From Mesotaenium endlicherianum (lineage: Eukaryota): 56,949 nucleotides of DNA. The first letter of the stretch is position 1. The number at the start of each line of letters is the position of its first letter. Below are positions 50,140 to 56,949 of this stretch, piece after piece. A program made the position numbers and the translations under genes. The DNA lies in assembly GCA_009602735.1 (NCBI GenBank), contig WELA01001462.1, positions 706,773 to 763,721 of the forward strand, given 5' to 3'. The notes below the pieces were generated by a model that saw only the letters and a list, made by a program, of their open reading frames with translations, was not told the DNA's origin and did no database searches.

Positions 50140-50193
50140 ATTTCTCTTCCCTGCATCATCTGTTGCTTTCGCCGTCCACCTCTTCCGGCCAGC
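50140..50193 (+). promoter_or_regulatory. Pyrimidine-rich (TOP-like) leader of RPL15, inside the 557-bp divergent interval shared with the UPF0052 gene
   Basis: ATTTCTCTTCCC...CTCTTCC just upstream of ATG 50194. TSS not demonstrable. Confidence 0.4.
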
Positions 50194-51984
50194 ATGGGTA
50201 AGCTTTGATATGACACTAGCTTTCTTTGTGCTCTTCAAAAGTGACATGGTGTATCTCTTAAGGAAAAGCAAACCGTATTTTTAACCACTGGGATAACGGT
50301 ATTAGGGCTACACTGTTAATAAGGCACGCCTAGGGAGTAGCTCGCAGGTCTTTTGCATCTGAGGTAGTGGGCGGTTTTTTCTGGCGAAGCTGTTACAAGA
50401 TGTTGTGTGTTACTTCAGTAATAGTCAAAGGCTTGTTACGGTCAAGGTGCTCTTCCGAAATCACTTTTTCTGTCCGGCAGCTTCCGGTTACCCCACGTAA
50501 TGCTTAGGGGAGGCTTAGATGGCATTAGGTATTAAATTAGGTGCCGCATTTGTCATACTTTGTGAATGAGGAAAGCATCAGTGCTAGGTGGTGTTGAAAG
50601 ATGCACAAGGACCTTAGAGTCTCGAGGTACAGGCTTTGCCGTCATATGACAGAGGGGTTGATGTGCAACTGCAGGGGCGTACAAGTACGTGGAGGAGCTC
50701 TGGCGCAAGAAGCAAAGTGATGTGCTTCGGTTCCTGCTTCGTGTGCGGTGCTGGGAGTACCGGCAGTTGCCTAGTATTGCTCGCTTAACCCGCCCCACTC
50801 GCCCTGACAAGGCCCGTCGTTTGGGTTACAAGGCCAAGCAGGTATGTCTGAAATTAAGGCTGCTATCATACTCCTTCTGGCAATCAGTGATTTTATTGTT
50901 TGATGCAATAAGCTGCATATACTCTTTTGCCTCTGCATGACTTTTATACCTTGGGGATATGGTAGGTATGCTTGATCACAGCTTGTTTAAGAGGTGGAGG
51001 AGTCTAACTTATGAGGGGACTGTCCGCATATCTGAACCAGGCTCAGAATCGTTGATTAGGTTGACAGTCAATGTAAGGGGAGAGGGATATGAATGAGTGT
51101 ATGTATGTGCCTCCTGCGGTGAAGTATGTTCACCTTTTGTTGGTTACTTCATAGTAAAGAACTGGCGAGGGGACAAGGTTTTGCATCTGGTTACGCGCCC
51201 TTCAGGCGGCGCATCAGCCGGTAGTGTCTCTGTAGGCTATCCATTGGTTATTTGTCAGCACAATAGAGTCAAAGCATCAAGCTCCACTCAAAACCTTCAA
51301 TAGCTGGCATGAGTCTAGGGTAGCATATTGAGCATGACGGTTGTGCTTCTATCGGCAGGGTTACGTCATCTACCGTGTGCGTGTGCGTCGTGGTGGACGC
51401 AAGCGCCCTGTGTCCAAGGGTATTGTGTATGGAAAGCCCAAGAGCCAGGGTATCACGCAGCTTAAGTTCCAGCGTAACATCCGTTCGGTAGCAGAGGAGC
51501 GCGCTGGACGTAGGCTGGGAGGCCTTCGCGTCCTCAACTCTTACTGGGTGAACCAGGTACAATTCGATTGTTGGCGTTGGCAAATCACTTATCCATCGTT
51601 ATCCTGTGGCTGGTGACTCGCATTCTGTTTTCCATGTTTGCTTGGTGGCTGCCTTTGTCTTTGGTATGTTTCCTTTGGTGGCTAGTGATTGCTTGTGATG
51701 ATGTGTCAAGGTTATTATCCTCCCTTCCCCCTGTGCAGGATTCCACATACAAGTACTTTGAGGTCATTATGGTGGATCCTGCCCACAACTGCATCCGCAA
51801 CGATCCCCGTATCAACTGGCTGACAAAGCCCGTGATGAAGCACAGAGAGCTGCGCGGCCTTACCTCTGCTGGTCGCCATCATCGCGGTCTCCATGGCAAA
51901 GGTCACGCTTCACGCAAAGTCCGTCCCTCCATTCATGCCACATGGAAGCGCAACACTATGCTGTCACTCAGGCGTTACCGTTAA
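50194..51984 (+). CDS. RPL15: 60S ribosomal protein L15 (eL15), 4 exons: 50194-50197, 50675-50841, 51359-51556, 51739-51984 (204 aa)
   Basis: [32 protein letters not shown]...[35 protein letters not shown]...[12 protein letters not shown]...LSLRRYR. Confidence 0.97.
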
Positions 51985-53672
51985 GCATGGCATCGAGCTG
52001 GGAGCTAGGAGTGCCTTGTCTGATGTCTTTCATTCTCGAGATGAACCATCTTGGGTTACCAATCAGCATCAAACCATTGTGACGTATTGTAGTAAGCTAG
52101 GGCTGGGGCTGAGAATTTTACGCTACCACCTTGCAGATTATGGTCTGCAGACACAATCAGTTGTTTCACTCATTGGCTTTCAGCTTTAAAGCTTCTTGGT
52201 TGCTTGTGGATCACAAGGTGTCGTCAGTGTGGAAAGGAGGGTATTTTGCACAGGATGGTGATTCACATGGTGATCTTGTTATGTGCATAAAAGAGCGACA
52301 CTTGGGGATTTGAGGCAATGCATGTAGACTGTTGTATGGTGTCAAGTACTCAGTGAAGACTGCTATGTCAAGGGTTTCCTTGTTGTTCAGGTTGTTGTTG
52401 CTGTTCAAGTTTCAGTATCTAGGAGCAGTAGCTGCTTATACTCGTCTGATGTTGGTGATTGGTGTAGTACCAACCTTTTGCCTGTCAAAGGTGCACCCTG
52501 ATACCATGGGGCTGTCATTAGTACCTTGAAGACCTTCAAGAAGATGCAGACGGGTGCTTCAGTTATGGATGTGAATTGCCCATCTTCCACGTACTTTCAT
52601 GACTTCTCTGGATGCTACTTTTGAATCATATGGCAGCATTTGGGGTTTTTGCTTGTACCTTGCTTCAGCTTCAATTTTGCATGAACATATGACACTGGAA
52701 GTTACAAAGCAAACGAGTGTGAGGAGATTCGCTTTTGTTCAAGATGCTACTCAAAGCTCTCAGTCCAGTTTTTGAGATGCAAGCACTTCGATTGTATGTT
52801 TGCCCAAAGGCAGTATGTTCTTGTTCATGTTTATCAACTAGTACCCTTACCTAGGGCCATGGCTACATCGCTTAAGACCGTTATATAAGTCATATTACCT
52901 CGTTATCTTTCACATTTGTGCATTTCACGGCAGAATGGATAACATCTTGTATGATCTGCTCACTTCCCCAATCCCATTGGCTTTACACTGTAAGCGTTCC
53001 GCCTAGGGCTTGATACAAACGTCTTATATCTTTGGCTGGTCTTCTCAATCCTTTTGCAGGCCCTGTTTTTGGGCAACACTTCGGGCATTTTCACTCGCTT
53101 GACATGACTCTTTGTCTTAGCTATTCATGTGCATGCATGTGGCAATCATAACACTATGTGTCGTGCCTCAATGCATGGGAGCAAGTTACTCATCCTCTAG
53201 AGCAAATTATGTTTTTACCCTTTGAAGTGTCACAATGAACAAGAATTCCCCTCTATCCATAAAAGTTTTCGGAAATATTCCACATACTATCCTTGGATAT
53301 TGTCAAACCTGAACGTCGAAATGACGTGCCTAATCTAGTCTTGTCACACAAAAATTGCCTGTGTTACACATTTGTTTTTGGCCCTCGTCTGTGCACATAT
53401 CAACATTAGGTACTCAATTAGAGATTTATGATCAGTTTTGCGTCTTTCCCCTTAAGCCTTGCTTGGACGTATGAATATATATTAAGGGACTATTTCTGTT
53501 CACAACCACGCCAATATAATAATCCTTGAGAGAGGCGCCAACATTACAAACCCAAAAACCCTCCCTCATACGCATGTGGGATATAGGGTTTATGAAGTGA
53601 AAGTGCGTAGCAAATTGGTACTCCATAGTCAAATCCTGATCACAAGTCTACTTCACTCATATTTTACTACAC

Positions 53673-53675
<3 letters not shown>

Positions 53676-53715
<40 letters not shown>
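53676..53715. repeat. (AG)n microsatellite next to a gap
   Basis: Direct reading. Confidence 0.95.
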
Positions 53716-53716
<1 letters not shown>

Positions 53717-54176
53717 NNNNNNNNNNNNNNNNNNNNNNNNNNNNNNNNNNNNNNNNNNNNNNNNNNNNNNNNNNNNNNNNNNNNNNNNNNNNNNNNNNNN
53801 NNNNNNNNNNNNNNNNNNNNNNNNNNNNNNNNNNNNNNNNNNNNNNNNNNNNNNNNNNNNNNNNNNNNNNNNNNNNNNNNNNNNNNNNNNNNNNNNNNNN
53901 NNNNNNNNNNNNNNNNNNNNNNNNNNNNNNNNNNNNNNNNNNNNNNNNNNNNNNNNNNNNNNNNNNNNNNNNNNNNNNNNNNNNNNNNNNNNNNNNNNNN
54001 NNNNNNNNNNNNNNNNNNNNNNNNNNNNNNNNNNNNNNNNNNNNNNNNNNNNNNNNNNNNNNNNNNNNNNNNNNNNNNNNNNNNNNNNNNNNNNNNNNNN
54101 NNNNNNNNNNNNNNNNNNNNNNNNNNNNNNNNNNNNNNNNNNNNNNNNNNNNNNNNNNNNNNNNNNNNNNNNNNNN
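53717..54176. other. Assembly gap (N run)
   Basis: Run of N. Confidence 0.99.
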
Positions 54177-55187
54177 GGGGGGGGGAAGAGAGAGAGAGAG
54201 CGAGGGGGGGCGGGAGAGAAAACTTGCCAATGCGAGTCAATGAGTGCACTTGGAACTCCTGCGATACCTATGTTTAGGTGGTTGGGATGGGCCACCCGTT
54301 TCAATTGTTCGTGTTCGTGACAACCAACAGGTCAACCTCTTCACCAACCTCTTCACCTGACGCGTAAGAGAAGACAATCTCTTCATGGAATAACTCTTGT
54401 AACTCTTGGTGTATATCAAAAGTCCCATGACATCACGTAGATGTCATCAAAATGACATCGAGAAGTGTCGTTCTGCCTCTTGGTAGTGTAACATACACAT
54501 TAGTATACATTATATACCGCATTATGTATGTCGTGCCTAATCGTGTTGGTGCCCCGTGCACGTGTGAAGATTGCCAACACGTGTGCCGTCGACCTTGTCG
54601 ACTTTGTCAGTGCCCCTCGCACGCGAGTTGTCGACCTAGTTGATCACCAAAAGTTGACTTCCGCACGTGTGTCGGTGGTCGACTGCACCTTGTTGACCCC
54701 GCATTAACCTAAAGTGGCAGAGGCCAAAACCTGGGTTAGCAGGCTTAGTGTTTTGACACCAATTCCTCTCATAGTCTTATCTTTCAAAGGTGTTGCTTAC
54801 TCTGCAAAAAAAATTGGACTGTTCAATTCCTCTTACAAGGAGTGAAGCATCTACTTATAAGGCAGGCTCTTTGCCCGTCTTGATGGGTTCCCGGTAGTTA
54901 TAGTTTGCAAAAATCACGTCAAAAGCAATTGACAAAAATATAGAGAGAAGTGCACATCATAGATTTCTTATTGTGTGATTTGTGTATTCAATGATCAATG
55001 CTTTTAATGATTTGAATCAAGTTTAATAATGCTCAATAAGCGCGCAATATGTCTCCAACTTTGAGAAATTGTATCTCAATATTGGAAATTATTGAGGGCC
55101 CGCGATTATGGCCACAAGTGCCTGAGGATTTCATTAGAGATGTCCTCAAATCTTGGACTCATAGGAATAATATTCAAGAAGCTACAT

Positions 55188-55548
55188 ATGTTGGCCCTTC
55201 CTAGATTTCCGAACCGCTAAAGTGTAGAGCGCCGAGCCACATTCCAAATGCCACCGCTTTCGCGTGATTTAGTCACGTGTCAAGCGAGATATTTGCAATG
55301 TAGTCCGCGCCACCTACCGGCCCCTAGCGGAATTTCACCAAAGGCCAATTTGTGTCTCAATATGCCCCAAAGGTCACATTGTTGGCCATTTGTGACCCCA
55401 AGGACCCTTAGCTTTGTACGCACAAATCCGCGAGCTCCCTATCCTAGACATATCTTGTATGAGCGTAGCAAATGTGCATCCTTGAATCTATGTCTTGGTT
55501 ACTGCATCACCTATCCCAAGAGGAAGCTTCCTCAAGTTCCAAATCTAC
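55188..55548. repeat. Dispersed LTR-like repeat fragment, inverted homolog of 168-521; probably part of a larger unclassified repeat running to the window end
   Basis: Visible similarity to the reverse complement of 168-521. Confidence 0.7.
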
Positions 55549-56949
55549 TTCCTCAAGTTCCAAATGTTGGCGTAATGGCCCACGTGAAGGCACTTGTGAC
55601 AAGTGATGAAGGGGAAGCACTTGCTTTCCTTGGCCCTAGAAGGAGAACCCGCCCCCAAAGCACTTGACGTGGAGTTAGTCTTAGAGGGGGAGTAGAATTG
55701 GATTTTTTGGGGGTGACCCGAGGGGTGGCTGCTCGCTCAAAACAGTTCCTGAAGAAGAAGCTGGACTCATTTCTAGTGGTTTGACAGCAATACCCTTGCC
55801 CTTGGCAGGCCTCTCTAATTCGTTTTGGGAGCGAGTGAGCGGCATTGCAAAAGTATAGGTAGTGAACGACAAATTTTTCGTTGTCACTTGCGTCGAATTG
55901 ACTGAGGAGATTGGCTCTGGATAAAAATCCAAACTGCAAGTCTTCTCTTACCCATGCATGCTTGCTTGAGAATTGAGAGAAGAAAGAAAAAAACATGAAA
56001 TAAGAATCGACAGCGTCACCACCAATGTTGAGACTACCGATGAGCGACGAAGAGACAAAGAGAAAGATAGAGGATAACGATATTTCTGGAATCGAGAATG
56101 AGTTACAAGTCGGCTCCGGATGACTTTGAATAGATTGTCCTTTTGGAGGTCTGTTTTAGAGGAGCTGAATCTGGGTCCCGTAAGAGCCGCAAGTAATCCA
56201 TGTAGGAGTTTCTAGAAGCTCCGATATTAGTCGTTTAAGCATATCGCAGGAATATTTTTTGTCCTTAAGTGCACGTTCCTCTTGCACGTTCTATCTGTGA
56301 AATCGGTAATATATGTGTCCGTAACACAAACAAGGGTAAACAAACTCGGCCTAGGAATAACTTATTTGGCTGATGCGAGGCGACGGGCGTCAACGTAAAT
56401 GTTGTGGTTTGCGGCTAAGCCACGGCCATTACTTAAAGGCTAAGGACCTTAGCTGACCCCTCATAGATTTCGAAGTGGCCACGGGTGTACATGGGCCGCT
56501 CGATTAAGATCACGAGACTCGGACGGATCAAAGTGCGTTAGGCAGACCCCTGTAAGCCAAGAAAGCCAAGACCCCTCTCGCGAACTGATAAACAAGTGAG
56601 GGAGGCAAAGAAATTAAGGACCCACAATGTCGCAGTGTTTACCCATTAGCCAAAACCTACTAGGATGACGCGCCGTCGCGCCACACCAACAAAGCCAAAA
56701 AGACTATAAACTAATATACAAAAAGACTTGGGTCAAAGGGACGACGTACAACGGCAACACGACCACCCAAATCCATATACACGCCCGTACTCTCCCTAAC
56801 CCTTAGCAACCCCGTGGGCCTACCCGGCGGGGCTGCCTACCGTACATGACGACCAAGTCATGGGCGACTACAGCTCCCACTTGGTACCAGCGCCGACCCA
56901 ACGAGCGAGGGAACTCGTGAATTGACCTCCGCACGTGTAGGCGGCAGAA

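Noticed and set aside
50198..51738. Intronic snoRNAs in RPL15 (e.g. GTGATGA near 51695)
   Set aside because: No suitably placed box D or terminal stem was found by eye; an Infernal/snoscan run would be needed.
55553..56949. Possible coding or LTR structure at the window end
   Set aside because: No recognisable domain or paired termini within the window.
1..56949. CRISPR arrays, tRNA or rRNA genes
   Set aside because: No repeat-spacer periodicity or recognisable RNA gene was seen.

Overview
Eukaryotic, intron-rich genomic DNA with a plant/green-algal gene complement. A streptophyte alga or early-diverging plant is an inference, not shown by the sequence. There are two assembly gaps. Five host genes can be modelled exon by exon: a Nop16-family ribosome-biogenesis gene (-), a CNOT4-type RING gene (-), a PlsC/LPAAT acyltransferase (+), a UPF0052/CofD-like gene (-) and RPL15 (+). 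The middle 27 kb (about 17307-44696) is one nested transposon stack. Its frame is an old PAT-like DIRS tyrosine-recombinase retrotransposon (copy C). Inside it sit two younger near-identical relatives (copy A inverted, copy B direct), a MITE, solo LTRs and a decayed chromodomain Ty3/gypsy element with an extra 3' ORF. The most striking signal is at the ends of the DIRS family. The split direct repeats join into a ~100-bp imperfect palindrome whose 3-nt loop occurs in both orientations (GAA in copy B, TTC in copy A). Deletions and an inverted self-insertion map to this hairpin. Copies A and B share an RT YLDN motif and a YR frameshift.
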